This document shows positions 1 through 9,997 of a stretch of 64,000 bases of DNA, in pieces. Made by a program: the position numbers and the translations under genes. The stretch comes from an uncultured Candidatus Saccharibacteria bacterium. GTDB taxonomy: Bacteria; Patescibacteriota; Minisyncoccia; Phycocordibacterales; UBA9973. A model generated the notes under the pieces. It did no database searches and had not been told where the DNA came from. It was given only the letters and a program-made list of their open reading frames with translations. Where the stretch lies: contig CAZIZK010000002.1 of the NCBI GenBank assembly GCA_964544225.1, forward strand, positions 2,557 through 66,556. The letters are read 5' to 3'. How positions within the stretch are numbered: the first letter of the stretch is position 1; the number at the start of each line of letters is the position of its first letter.

Positions 1-2
1 TT

Positions 3-200
3 TTAGAAAGTGCTCAAAATAAAACTGGGTCTTATCAATCACAAGCAATTTTTGATCACAGAGAAGTGCGAATTGAAGACACCTCTAACGGAAGAGAATT
101 ACCTCCACAAAGAGACTTCAGTTTGTATGAAATTCAGGCGGAACATCTTTCCGGCGAATATGCTGAAATCTGGAGACATGTAAAAAAGGTTCTGGATTAA
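3..200 (+). CDS. 3' end of an upstream gene (partial, product unknown)
   Basis: Open frame enters from the window edge and ends at TAA 198-200. No recognisable motif in the visible 66 codons. Confidence 0.35.
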   Translation, partial: LESAQNKTGSYQSQAIFDHREVRIEDTSNGRELPPQRDFSLYEIQAEHLSGEYAEIWRHVKKVLD

Positions 201-278
201 AATTAAAACAAAGAAATGGGAAACAGGTATGCGAAAGTGTATCTGTTTTTTTATTTATATATGGTAAAATTATAATAC

Positions 279-1760
279 ATGTCATTTGCGAAGCCGAACA
301 AGATTCAAATAATCAAATACGCTCCACCACCACCAGACTTGCCAGTGCTAGGTACTGTCGACGCGTCCGAGGTATCGTTCATTGGCCGTACGAACTATGT
401 GGCCGCATTGGAGGAGAAGAAGTTCGTATTCGGTATCAAGCGTGTGGACCGCAGGCGCCACCTATATATTATCGGTAAGTCTGGCGTGGGTAAAAGTAAA
501 CTTCAGGAATTGATGGTCCGCCAGGATATTGCTTATGGTCAGGGTGTATGTATTATAGACCCGCACGGTGAATTCATCGACGATATATTAGGCTTCATAC
601 CCGAAGAGCGTATAGAGGATGTGTGTATTATTGACCCTGGTGATATTGATTTTCCAGCATCTTTCAACCCACTAGCCAATGTGGACCCAACATTTAAACA
701 CCAACTAACTCAAGGTTTGATCGAGGTGCTACGTAAACAATTCGGTGCGAACTGGACTCCACGTCTGGAACACGTGTTCCGCTTTACCACACTTGCGCTA
801 TTAGACTACCCATATGCCACAATGCGTGGAATGATCAGCATGCTTACTGACCGTAACTATCGTCAGAAGGTGGTGGAATATATCGAGGACGACATGGTAA
901 AGAGATTCTGGGCTATCGAATTCGCGGACTGGTCCGAGAAGTTCGATACAGATGCGATCATCCCTTTGGTTAACAAACTTGGCCAATTCCTATCTGACCC
1001 GATGCTACGCAATATCTTCGGTCAAAAGGAGAACAAGATCGATATCGAAGAGTTGATGAATAATCAAAAGATACTATTAATCAACCTTTCAAAAGGTAAG
1101 ATCGGTGAGGAGAATTCCTCATTCTTCGGAGCGATGTTCCTGACAAAGATAAAGCAGGCTGGTATGTCACGTGCAAAGATGGATCCAAAGGATCGCCACG
1201 ACTTCTACCTATATGTGGACGAGTTCCAGAATATTGTGACCGATACTTTCGAGAACATTCTTTCCGAGGCTCGTAAATACGGACTGAACCTTACAGTCGC
1301 ACACCAATACGTGGGCCAATTGTTACCAAAGGTTCAGCAAGCAGTGCTAGGTAACGTGGGCTCGATAATAACATTCCGTGTGGGTGGTGACGATGCAGTG
1401 AAATTGAAGCCCGAGTTCGCCCCAATATTCGACGTGAAAGATATGATCAATCTAGGAGTGGGCGAGTTCTATGTGAAGATGACTATCGATGGTGAATCAT
1501 ATGACCCATTCTCGGCAGAAACATTGCGAGTGTTACCACCAACACACCCATCGTACCGTGATAGGGTTATTGAAGCTTCACGTCGTAAATACGCTATTAC
1601 CGCCGGCGATGCCCAGAGGTTGATCGCGGAAGAAGAGTCTACTATTGTACGTTCTGCCCAGGAAAAGGCCGCTATTACAGGTGGTAAAGGCTATGGCCAT
1701 GATGACGATGTGGAAGACAAGCCAAAGGTAGAGGCCAAAGCAAGTGAACCTTTGATATAA
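279..1760 (+). CDS. VirD4/TraD-like type IV secretion coupling-protein-family ATPase (AAA_10/TraD DNA-binding type)
   Basis: Walker A GKSGVGKS, CIIDPHGE motif, Walker B LYVDEFQN. Paralog of 4363..6777. TATAAT at 268-273 lies directly before the ATG, so the mRNA is probably leaderless. Confidence 0.8.
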   Translation: MSFAKPNKIQIIKYAPPPPDLPVLGTVDASEVSFIGRTNYVAALEEKKFVFGIKRVDRRRHLYIIGKSGVGKSKLQELMVRQDIAYGQGVCIIDPHGEFIDDILGFIPEERIEDVCIIDPGDIDFPASFNPLANVDPTFKHQLTQGLIEVLRKQFGANWTPRLEHVFRFTTLALLDYPYATMRGMISMLTDRNYRQKVVEYIEDDMVKRFWAIEFADWSEKFDTDAIIPLVNKLGQFLSDPMLRNIFGQKENKIDIEELMNNQKILLINLSKGKIGEENSSFFGAMFLTKIKQAGMSRAKMDPKDRHDFYLYVDEFQNIVTDTFENILSEARKYGLNLTVAHQYVGQLLPKVQQAVLGNVGSIITFRVGGDDAVKLKPEFAPIFDVKDMINLGVGEFYVKMTIDGESYDPFSAETLRVLPPTHPSYRDRVIEASRRKYAITAGDAQRLIAEEESTIVRSAQEKAAITGGKGYGHDDDVEDKPKVEAKASEPLI

Positions 1761-1773
1761 ATAATATAAAAAT

Positions 1774-1800
1774 AAAAAAAGTGGACAAACATTTGTCCAC
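1774..1800 (-). terminator. Rho-independent terminator for sigA (hairpin GTGGACA..TGTCCAC followed by a U-run on the minus strand)
   Basis: Perfect 7-9 bp stem at 1781-1800 with an A7 run at 1774-1780 (U-run for the minus-strand transcript). Lies between convergent genes. Confidence 0.5.
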
Positions 1801-1826
1801 TCTCAGAAATAATCATAAACAGGATT

Positions 1827-2702
1827 TTATTTTAAATATGATTTGAGCACTTTATACTGATTACCTTTCCTTAGTTTTTTCAAAGCTTTTTCTTTGATTT
1901 GGCGGACACGTTCACTTGTTAAACCAACAGTATTACTAATATCTCCCAGATTCATAGGAGCTTTGTCTTCTAATCCGTAATAAAGTTTTAAAATATCATT
2001 TTCTAACACACTAAGCTGTGACAAGGAAATTCTAATATGTTTCTTTAAAGATTCATATATTAATTCATTGTCAGGGGTTACTTCAGGATTCTTCTCTGAA
2101 ACAAAAAACATATCAAGCAATGTGTCTTCACCTTCTTCACCTGACGAAGATGCATCTAGGCTAATATGTCTTTTGAAATTTAAAAAAGCATCATTCACAA
2201 CAGATATTTCTGCACCCAATGATTCGGCTATTTCCTCATAAGTAGGTTCTCTTTCAAGAATCTGCTCTAATTCGGAATGCTTTTTCAACACGCGGGTCAT
2301 AACCCCTATATTGTTCAAGGGTAACCTAACCATGCGCACTTTTTCGGCTAATGCTTGTAAAATACTCTGACGTATCCACCAAACAGCATATGAAATAAAT
2401 TTAAAACCCCGGGTTTCGTCGAACCTATCGGCTGCTTTAATTAATCCAAGATTACCCTCATTTATAAGTTCCCCTAGGGAGAATCCTTGGTTTTGATACT
2501 GTTTTGCAACAGATACTACAAAACGCAGATTCGCAAGCACTAATTTATCCAAAGCAGCTTTGTCGCCTTCATGAATCTTTTTTGCCAGCTTTATCTCTTC
2601 CTCTGGCGTGATCATGGGGTATTTGTTTATTTCAACCAAGTATTTGTTGACAGATTCTTCTTCACGGCTTGTGAAGTGTTTAAATATCTTTAGTTCTCTC
2701 AT
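1827..2702 (-). CDS. sigA: RNA polymerase primary-like sigma-70 factor
   Basis: Region 2 motif ISYAVWWIRQSILQALAEKVRMVRLP, regions 3 and 4 present. 291 aa. Confidence 0.85.
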   Translation of the reverse strand: MRELKIFKHFTSREEESVNKYLVEINKYPMITPEEEIKLAKKIHEGDKAALDKLVLANLRFVVSVAKQYQNQGFSLGELINEGNLGLIKAADRFDETRGFKFISYAVWWIRQSILQALAEKVRMVRLPLNNIGVMTRVLKKHSELEQILEREPTYEEIAESLGAEISVVNDAFLNFKRHISLDASSSGEEGEDTLLDMFFVSEKNPEVTPDNELIYESLKKHIRISLSQLSVLENDILKLYYGLEDKAPMNLGDISNTVGLTSERVRQIKEKALKKLRKGNQYKVLKSYLK

Positions 2703-2823
2703 ATTTATCTTTTTCTTTTAAATTACCATTATAATCTTTATATGTAAAGATGTTATTTGAAAGTAAAATAAAAAAATGGTCACCAATAAAGGCAACCAAT
2801 TTAATGAAATTTCTTAATTTTTT

Positions 2824-3423
2824 TTAATCACCGAGCCACTCGGTGAAGATTCCAGAGTTTTTTGTTTTATTTCTTTTAAATAATTCTTTCCAAAGAAAGT
2901 ATTGGATTATGAGTCCATACACTATCAATACTTCAGAAAGTAGAGCATCTTCTATTTTCCATGATTTTGCATTTATTAAATAGTAAATGTTCATAGTCAT
3001 AAATCCTAAGTTTGGTAATATGTACCATGGCTCTGGGTTATCCTGTGTTTCTTTTAAAAGGGGAATACCAGCAATAAATTGCGCAGCACAGAACCCAACA
3101 AGGCTCAGAGTAGGATTGTTTAACCCTAACCAAATAAATATACAGATAGGGACAGCTATCACAATAATAGTTTCAGTCTTACCCCATTTATTATCTGCTT
3201 TTAATAAGATAAGCAAAATGGTGATAATAATTCCACCAATTGTAAAGAGTTTCAGTGCCTCAGCACTGTCACCTTGCTGACTGTCTGTTGCAAAATATTG
3301 GAATACATCTAATACGGTCCACAGTACCCAAGTCAAGATGTTCTGGCCCACAGCCCTTTCTTTTATGGCTAATATAGCCAAAGATCCGTATGCACATACG
3401 GCAATCCAAATTATGAAGTTCAT
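2824..3423 (-). CDS. Multi-pass membrane protein, unknown function
   Basis: 199 aa and strongly hydrophobic with several predicted TM segments. Occupies the gap between annotated genes. Confidence 0.5.
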   Translation of the reverse strand: MNFIIWIAVCAYGSLAILAIKERAVGQNILTWVLWTVLDVFQYFATDSQQGDSAEALKLFTIGGIIITILLILLKADNKWGKTETIIVIAVPICIFIWLGLNNPTLSLVGFCAAQFIAGIPLLKETQDNPEPWYILPNLGFMTMNIYYLINAKSWKIEDALLSEVLIVYGLIIQYFLWKELFKRNKTKNSGIFTEWLGD

Positions 3424-3736
3424 AGCTTATGTTTTTCTTTTATTTTTACAGTATTTTTGGGTATATGTAAAGGGGAGAGGGTTGTATTGCTTTTTTTACT
3501 ATATATTGTATAATATACAAAATTAACAATAATTATGATGAACATTCAAGAAAGCATTGCCTGGGCAATGCAAAACACACGTTTCCTGTTGACATTAATA
3601 GTAATTTCTTTTCTTCTAGCAATGCATTTTGCTACAAAACAAAAAAAAGATAAATTACCATGATCAACACATTTTTTATAAAAAGGCGTCTATAGTTTTA
3701 TTACTTGGATGCCTTTTTTTATGCTAAAATGTCTGC

Positions 3737-4312
3737 ATGGAAGAAACGATCAATATATTTGCCGAGTATAAAAATGTCAGTATTATCTTACACGTATTTT
3801 CAGTAATAGTTGGTATGGGGGCAGCTGTCGTATCTGACATACTTTTCAATATTTATATAAAAGATAAAAAGATAGATATATCTGAGAACAAGACTCTGAA
3901 TATACTATCTAGTATTATCTGGGTGAGTCTGGGCTTCATATTACTATCTGGGATATTCATATTCTTTTCTGATACTGTAAAATACATGAACTCTCCAAAG
4001 TTCCTATTGAAGATGGTAATAGTAGGTTTTGTTATTATCAATGGCTACGCTTTCCAGAGGATCGTGCACCCTGCTATACGCAAGATCAATTTTAATGACA
4101 CGAACTCGAACCACAAATATGTCAAAGTACGCAAGCTTGCCTTTATGTTTGGCGCTATATCTGTCACATCATGGATGTCTGCATTTGTATTAGGTAGTAT
4201 ACCTCGCATACCTGTATCTTTCTTTATGGGATTGGCTTTTTATCTAGTTCTGTGTTTATGTGCTATTGTGGCTAGTCAGTTTGTAGAGTATAGAATCACG
4301 CATTCTAAATAG
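3737..4312 (+). CDS. Membrane protein, unknown function
   Basis: 191 aa with four or more hydrophobic segments. Confidence 0.55.
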   Translation: MEETINIFAEYKNVSIILHVFSVIVGMGAAVVSDILFNIYIKDKKIDISENKTLNILSSIIWVSLGFILLSGIFIFFSDTVKYMNSPKFLLKMVIVGFVIINGYAFQRIVHPAIRKINFNDTNSNHKYVKVRKLAFMFGAISVTSWMSAFVLGSIPRIPVSFFMGLAFYLVLCLCAIVASQFVEYRITHSK

Positions 4313-4362
4313 TAAAAAACTCTTTCTAAATTGGATTAAAACTTGTATAATATGGGTAAGTT

Positions 4363-6777
4363 ATGGAGCAATCAATCCCGTACAACAAAGATATAACATA
4401 TTTTGGTAAAACTAACTTTCGCAACCATGCGCAAGTTTTCGGCATAAAGAGAAAGGACCGCCGCCAACATATGTACGTGTTAGGTAAGTCAGGTACAGGT
4501 AAGTCTGTGCTTCTTTCGAATCTCATAGTTCAGAATATTCAAAATGGTGAGGGTCTGTGTGTGGTGGATCCGCACGGCGAATTGGTAGAGGAAGTCCTAC
4601 ACCTCATACCACCGCATCGTGTAAAAGACGTTATATATTTCAACCCAGCCGACACTGACTATCATGTGGGCTTCAATGTGCTACAACTCGATGACCCTAA
4701 ATACAAGCACTTGGTGGCATCAGGACTCATGGGAATATTCACAAAGATCTGGGCCAATGCATGGAGTAGCCGTATGGAATACATCCTCAACAACGCTATC
4801 CTCGCACTACTAGACACTCCTGGTACTACACTCCTCGGTATCCCACGTATGCTTGTGGACAAGGACTATCGCCAGATGATCATCGGTAACCTGAAGGACC
4901 CGGTGGTAAAAGCATTTTGGATTCATGAATACGAACAATGGCGTGACCAGTTCCGTAACGAAGCTATCGCCCCGATCCAGAACAAAGTGGGTCAGTTCCT
5001 ATCCACTTCTATCATCCGTAATGTGGTAGGTCAACCAAAAAGTACTATAGATATTTTTGAAATCATGAATACTGGGAAGATATTCCTAGTGAACGTATCA
5101 AAGGGTCGTATTGGTGAGGACAACTCGGCACTTCTCGGAGGTATGCTTATTACAAAGATCCAGCTTGCAGCCATGGAGCGCGTGCGTATACCTGAGAACG
5201 AACGCCGAGACTTCTACCTATATGTGGACGAGTTCCAGAACTTTGCTACCGATTCATTTGCCAACATTTTGTCCGAGGCTCGTAAATACCGCCTGAACCT
5301 AATCATTGCTCACCAATATACTGCCCAGCTGGAGAATAAAGATGGCAGTAAAGTCCGTGACGCAGTATTTGGTAACGTGGGTACTATGATCATATTCCGT
5401 GTTGGTGCCGATGATGCCGACTTCCTGGAGAAGGAGTTCGAGCCTGAATTCATGGCCCAAGACTTGGTGAACTTGCCTAACTTCCATGTGTATCTAAAGC
5501 TCATGATCGACGGTGTTACTAGCCGGCCATTCTCCGCAAGTACTTTGCCACCAATACATGTGGATGCTGACGCAAATGTAAAAGATCAAATTATAGCGTC
5601 TTCACGAGCTTTGTACACAAAAAAGCGCGAAGATGTAGAGAACGAGATACTTCGTTGGAGTGGTATGTTGCAGTCTGATGGTCAGAATGGGGCAGGTGCC
5701 CAAGAGGGCAAGTTCCCAGCAGAATGTAGCGAATGTAAGAAGAGCATAATGGTGCCTTTTGAGCCTATAGCAGGCAAGCCAATATATTGTAAGGATTGTT
5801 TAGCCAAGATAAAGGCTGGCGAGTTGAAGCCCGCACACGGATTCATAACACCAAAGGCTGTTCGCCAAGAGGCTGCAGCATCGGCGCCTCTTGCAGCACT
5901 AGGTATCGAGTTTACTGGCACAAGTGGCAAGGTAAATAGTTCTTTCGCTCGCAATGTTGTAAACAATCATGATGCAAAGCCTAACGCTGGAGTAAATAAT
6001 AATTTCAAGAAGCCGAATACTTTCAACAAAGCTCCAAATGCAGTCAACACCCCAAATGCAAAACCTTTTATAAAACCAAAACCAACACCATCACCACTTT
6101 TAAAAGATTTGTTACAAAAAGTAACAAGTGAAAAGGATATCCTCGATAAGAAGGATGCTCCTGTATCTGAAGTAAAGAAGGTAATACCACCACCAATATC
6201 ATTGTCTGAGTTAAAGAAGTCTGAACCTGCAAAATCTGATACAAATAAGGCCCCTGTTGTGAATAATATAAATATCAACAATAAGCCTACACCTACTATA
6301 GCTAAAGCTCCAGTAATACCAGCTAAAGAGGCTACTCCAGAAAAGATGAATTCACTAAAGGATATGCTAGCCAACATATCTGCAAAAGAAAAAGTGGAAG
6401 AAAAGGTTGTTGAAATAAAAAAAGAAGAAGTAAAAGTAGAAGTAAAGCCCGAAGTTAAACCAGAAGTAAAGGTTCCAATTCCGACACCAATCATGAGTCC
6501 ACAAGTACCAAAACCAATACTTCCTGCTCAAGCTATACAAATTCCACCTAGTATTCCAAAACCACCTGAGGCAATAAAAAAGGTAGAGGCAGTAGTTAAG
6601 ATAGATGAAGTAAAAGAAGTAAAGCCTGAAGTAAAAACAGAGGAGAATAAAGCTAAAGTAGAAGACACAACACCAGATACACAAAACACTGATACTACAA
6701 ATCAAAATCAAAATTGGCAAAAAAGGGTCGCAAATAAAGAAGTACCAGAAGAGGTCCTCCGCAAGGTATTAGAATAA
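4363..6777 (+). CDS. VirD4/TraD-like coupling-protein-family ATPase with a C-terminal zinc-ribbon and a long low-complexity K/P/E/V-rich tail
   Basis: Walker A GKSGTGKS, CVVDPHGE, Walker B LYVDEFQN. The first 400 aa align with the 279..1760 product. C-x2-C...C-x2-C ribbon (CSECKK...CKDC), then KPEVK-type repeats. Confidence 0.8.
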   Translation: MEQSIPYNKDITYFGKTNFRNHAQVFGIKRKDRRQHMYVLGKSGTGKSVLLSNLIVQNIQNGEGLCVVDPHGELVEEVLHLIPPHRVKDVIYFNPADTDYHVGFNVLQLDDPKYKHLVASGLMGIFTKIWANAWSSRMEYILNNAILALLDTPGTTLLGIPRMLVDKDYRQMIIGNLKDPVVKAFWIHEYEQWRDQFRNEAIAPIQNKVGQFLSTSIIRNVVGQPKSTIDIFEIMNTGKIFLVNVSKGRIGEDNSALLGGMLITKIQLAAMERVRIPENERRDFYLYVDEFQNFATDSFANILSEARKYRLNLIIAHQYTAQLENKDGSKVRDAVFGNVGTMIIFRVGADDADFLEKEFEPEFMAQDLVNLPNFHVYLKLMIDGVTSRPFSASTLPPIHVDADANVKDQIIASSRALYTKKREDVENEILRWSGMLQSDGQNGAGAQEGKFPAECSECKKSIMVPFEPIAGKPIYCKDCLAKIKAGELKPAHGFITPKAVRQEAAASAPLAALGIEFTGTSGKVNSSFARNVVNNHDAKPNAGVNNNFKKPNTFNKAPNAVNTPNAKPFIKPKPTPSPLLKDLLQKVTSEKDILDKKDAPVSEVKKVIPPPISLSELKKSEPAKSDTNKAPVVNNININNKPTPTIAKAPVIPAKEATPEKMNSLKDMLANISAKEKVEEKVVEIKKEEVKVEVKPEVKPEVKVPIPTPIMSPQVPKPILPAQAIQIPPSIPKPPEAIKKVEAVVKIDEVKEVKPEVKTEENKAKVEDTTPDTQNTDTTNQNQNWQKRVANKEVPEEVLRKVLE

Positions 6778-6778
6778 A

Positions 6779-8242
6779 ATGATTAACAAGTTGTCTAAAT
6801 GTCTAGTGTTTGCAAGTCTGATATTTACTGCCAGATTTGCATATGCGACACTTAGTATCAACGAAGTCATGTATGACGCCCCAGGTAGCGACGCTGATGC
6901 TGAATGGGTAGAAGTATACAACTCTGGTTCAAGCCCTATCGATATGTCTGATATTTATATCGCAGACTATGACACTTCTTGGCATTATCATAGTATTACA
7001 CCTTACTCGCAAGCATTCATACCAGCAGGCGGGTACGGCATAGTTATTCGTACTTCATCTGCCAGTATTCCAAATACTTTTAATACTAAATGGCCCAATA
7101 TAAGTGTACCTATGTTTCGTGCAAGTTTTGACTTGGGTAATGACAGTGGCCACATAGCTTTATCATCGGACAAGAAGTCTGTATATAGCGAATTGTCATA
7201 TACATCGACCATGGGTGCAACAGGTGATGGTAATTCACTACAGTCAATATCGGGCTCGTATGTAGCCATGCCTGCTACACCAGGTACTATGAATGGGTCA
7301 GTAAATGACAATTCAAATTCTAGTTCAAATACGGACACCAATACCCAAGCAGACAAATCAACAGACAATACGAATGATACCAGCACGAGTGGGTCTGACC
7401 CCAAAGCTGTTAAGGTTTATGATAATATAATTGCTAAAATAACAGCTCCTACTATTGTTACTACAAAGATAGGCTTCAAAATTCAGGCCCAAGTATTGGG
7501 ACGCAAGAGGGAAGTAATAGATTCGGGTAAATACGTCTGGAGCTTTGGTGATGGCAAATCGTTGCAACAATCCCAGTACAAACCTTTCTATTATTCATAC
7601 GACAACAAAGGCCAGTATGTGGTGACACTGACTTATTATGAATCTATACTCAGTGCCGAGCCAGCAGTTCGAACCCAAGTAACTGTCACCGTAGTTGACC
7701 CAGAAGTGGCTATAAGTAGTGTAGGTGACTATACTGACCCTTATATAGAACTCACTAATAAATCTAACCGTGAGATAGACATGTCGTCTTGGATTATCAA
7801 GTCAGACAACACATTATTTACTATGCCCGAAGGTATGACTATATTACCAAGCAAGAATATCCGACTTTCTTCAGCTGTAACTTTGTTTACATCTTCTGAT
7901 ATACAAAATCTTACTATATATAACCCCACAGGCTCTGTGGTTGCTACGTATCCTGATTCAAATAAAACAGGATATAAAGTTAGTAATATGGAGTATATAG
8001 ACAATATGTATAATACAGACGCAACACCTAAAAAAAGTTTTCCCGAAAAGGATACAGGTGTTGTTAACCTAGACTCACAGAAAGCTAGTGTCCATAGTTC
8101 AGGAATAAATAATAATATGAGCCTATTTGGACTGGCATTATTAATCATCATCGGATCATTTATATTGATAAATATAAATAAAAAGCCCTCCGAAGGAGAG
8201 CCAGATATTGTAAGTGCTTCTGATATGAATATTATTGAATAG
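6779..8242 (+). CDS. Secreted, C-terminally membrane-anchored protein with two lamin-tail domains and a PKD-like segment
   Basis: N-terminal signal peptide. LTD signatures INEVMYDAPGSDADAEWVEVYN and DPYIELTNKSNREIDMSSWIIKSD. WSFGDGKS PKD-like motif. C-terminal TM LFGLALLIIIGSFILI. Start is 2 nt after the stop of 4363..6777. Confidence 0.7.
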   Translation: MINKLSKCLVFASLIFTARFAYATLSINEVMYDAPGSDADAEWVEVYNSGSSPIDMSDIYIADYDTSWHYHSITPYSQAFIPAGGYGIVIRTSSASIPNTFNTKWPNISVPMFRASFDLGNDSGHIALSSDKKSVYSELSYTSTMGATGDGNSLQSISGSYVAMPATPGTMNGSVNDNSNSSSNTDTNTQADKSTDNTNDTSTSGSDPKAVKVYDNIIAKITAPTIVTTKIGFKIQAQVLGRKREVIDSGKYVWSFGDGKSLQQSQYKPFYYSYDNKGQYVVTLTYYESILSAEPAVRTQVTVTVVDPEVAISSVGDYTDPYIELTNKSNREIDMSSWIIKSDNTLFTMPEGMTILPSKNIRLSSAVTLFTSSDIQNLTIYNPTGSVVATYPDSNKTGYKVSNMEYIDNMYNTDATPKKSFPEKDTGVVNLDSQKASVHSSGINNNMSLFGLALLIIIGSFILININKKPSEGEPDIVSASDMNIIE

Positions 8243-9143
8243 GTTTATTTATCGGGATTATCTCGAGAGCTTCGTCTGTTGTCTCTACCTCTGATTCAAC
8301 TTCATTGTTGGTTGGATTAGCAATATCATAGATAGCTTCTGACTCCTTTTTGAGTTTAGATATTATATTTGTCAGGGCGGTAGAGTTAACTGATTTCTCT
8401 ACTACTTTATCCTTCATCTCTACTATTTTTTGTGTAGTGCTTGATTCAGTTGATACTGGTGCGATACCAGTACTCGTGTACACAGTATTGGCAGGATTAG
8501 TAATTGGATCTGTATTAGTATTATCTGTTTTTTTAACTACAGATTTATCCTCAGTGTCTTTTTCAGTTTTCTTGTCTTCTATTTTTTCTAATTCTTTTAG
8601 ATCTTTATCATGAATATCTATAATGTTTTTCAATGCATTGGCTGTTTTTGCAAGTTCACTAGGATTTTCTTTTGCTAGGATCTGAACGTTTTCATCTACT
8701 TTTGCAATATGTTCCTCTATCGCACGTTCTGCTATGGCTGCAGTTTCAACTGTCAATTCACCTGAGGCTGCTAATTGCTTTACTTCTTCGATACGCTTTG
8801 CCACAAGATTTTGTTGGTACATTATTCTTGCTGTTGGGGAAGTGATCAGTATACCTTGGACTTCTTCAGTTACATTTAGTTTGAAATTGTACAAAGCATC
8901 ACCAGGCAATGCACCAGATGCACTGTAAGACACAGTTCCACCAGAAGCAATGATGAACATTATTGAACATAGTGTTACAAGTAGTGGGTTCCAGAAATGG
9001 TGATAAGGGCTCTTTACATATTTACCCTGGCGCATGTCATGAATATTCATAAAAGAGGCAATATTGGAACGCATAAAAGAATGCTCGGATGGAGTCATCT
9101 TGATATGTGATGCGTTCTTCAATTGTTCTTCTAAATTTTCCAT
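8232..9143 (-). CDS. Putative anti-sigma factor (single-pass membrane protein with a coiled-coil ectodomain)
   Basis: Immediately downstream of the ECF sigma gene with a 3-nt gap. Has a cytoplasmic N-terminus, one TM, and an extracytoplasmic K/E-rich coiled-coil region. Confidence 0.5.
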   Translation of the reverse strand: MENLEEQLKNASHIKMTPSEHSFMRSNIASFMNIHDMRQGKYVKSPYHHFWNPLLVTLCSIMFIIASGGTVSYSASGALPGDALYNFKLNVTEEVQGILITSPTARIMYQQNLVAKRIEEVKQLAASGELTVETAAIAERAIEEHIAKVDENVQILAKENPSELAKTANALKNIIDIHDKDLKELEKIEDKKTEKDTEDKSVVKKTDNTNTDPITNPANTVYTSTGIAPVSTESSTTQKIVEMKDKVVEKSVNSTALTNIISKLKKESEAIYDIANPTNNEVESEVETTDEALEIIPINKPIQ

Positions 9144-9146
9144 ATT

Positions 9147-9647
9147 TTATTTCGTTAAATTTTTTATCTTTTCTAAACCTCTGTGTATACGTACTGAAAC
9201 GTTGTTCTCTGATTCACCGAGAGTGTCGGCTATCTCTTTGATCGATAGGTCATTGAGATATCGTAATGTTATGACCTCTTTGTATTTATCTTCGAGTGTA
9301 TCTACATGCCTCCACAGGCTTTCACCCATCAGAGCATCTTCGAAATCCTGCCTCTCATCGTGGCCGTGGTCAAATCCATCTTCCATCATTTTATCCAAGG
9401 ATTCAGACTTCTTTTTCCTATAAGAATCAATGATTAGGTTACCTAGGGTCCTGTACAGGAATGCCTTTAAGTTCTCGATATCTTTACCACCTTGCAGGTA
9501 TTCCCAGACTTTTGTAAAAGTATCTTGGGTAAGATCCAATGCAAGTTCGCGGCTAGATGTTTTGTATAGAGCATAGCGAAATAGTCCGTCACTATGAGCG
9601 TCATAAACCTCTAGAAATGCGTCTTTATTTTTATCATTAGTCTTCAT
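9147..9647 (-). CDS. ECF-family RNA polymerase sigma factor (sigma-24 type)
   Basis: Sigma-70 region 2 (DLTQDTFTKVWE) and region 4 HTH (LSIKEIADTLGESENNVSVRIHRGLEKI). 166 aa. Confidence 0.85.
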   Translation of the reverse strand: MKTNDKNKDAFLEVYDAHSDGLFRYALYKTSSRELALDLTQDTFTKVWEYLQGGKDIENLKAFLYRTLGNLIIDSYRKKKSESLDKMMEDGFDHGHDERQDFEDALMGESLWRHVDTLEDKYKEVITLRYLNDLSIKEIADTLGESENNVSVRIHRGLEKIKNLTK

Positions 9648-9758
9648 ATAGTATGACGTGTCCGGTGGACCTTTCTTACACGATTTAATTATAGCATTAT
9701 ATTATAAGCTCGAAAACCCTTAACTAGATGTTGATCTAGAAATAAGGGTTTTTCTTTG

Positions 9759-9893
9759 TTAATTTTGTTTGATTTTCTTACCGAACATAAATGGGTTAAA
9801 TGTCTGACATGCATATGCAAGTGCTGCATACAAAATGACAATGACGCCACCTATGGCGATCAGGGTTTCTTGGATAGTGATTACTTTTTCCAT
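9759..9893 (-). CDS. Possible 44-aa single-TM micro-protein
   Basis: Intergenic ORF MEKVITIQETLIAIGGVIVILYAALAYACQTFNPFMFGKKIKQN with a hydrophobic core. Not in the ORF track. Weak support. Confidence 0.2.
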   Translation of the reverse strand: MEKVITIQETLIAIGGVIVILYAALAYACQTFNPFMFGKKIKQN

Positions 9894-9997
9894 GTGTTTT
9901 TGTTGTTTATTATTTGCTAGTTATGACGCCACACAAAGACATTTCTTACAAATATGTCAAATGACTTAAATAAAGCTTTTTTGGTATAATATTTATC

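Noticed and set aside
5967-6720. Long antisense ORFs (175 aa and 117 aa) opposite the low-complexity tail of the second VirD4-like gene, and many similar 60-190 aa ORFs opposite murA, topA, murD, PBP2, lysS, rsmH and prs in the ORF track
   Set aside because: Each lies wholly inside a well-supported gene on the other strand, has no independent motif and reflects repetitive or biased sequence. They are shadow ORFs.
6120-6720. Possible CRISPR array suggested by short periodic repeats (KPEVK-encoding GAAGTAAAGCC-type units)
   Set aside because: The repeats are in-frame codon repeats inside a long ORF, irregular in length and without spacer-repeat architecture. No cas genes anywhere in the window.
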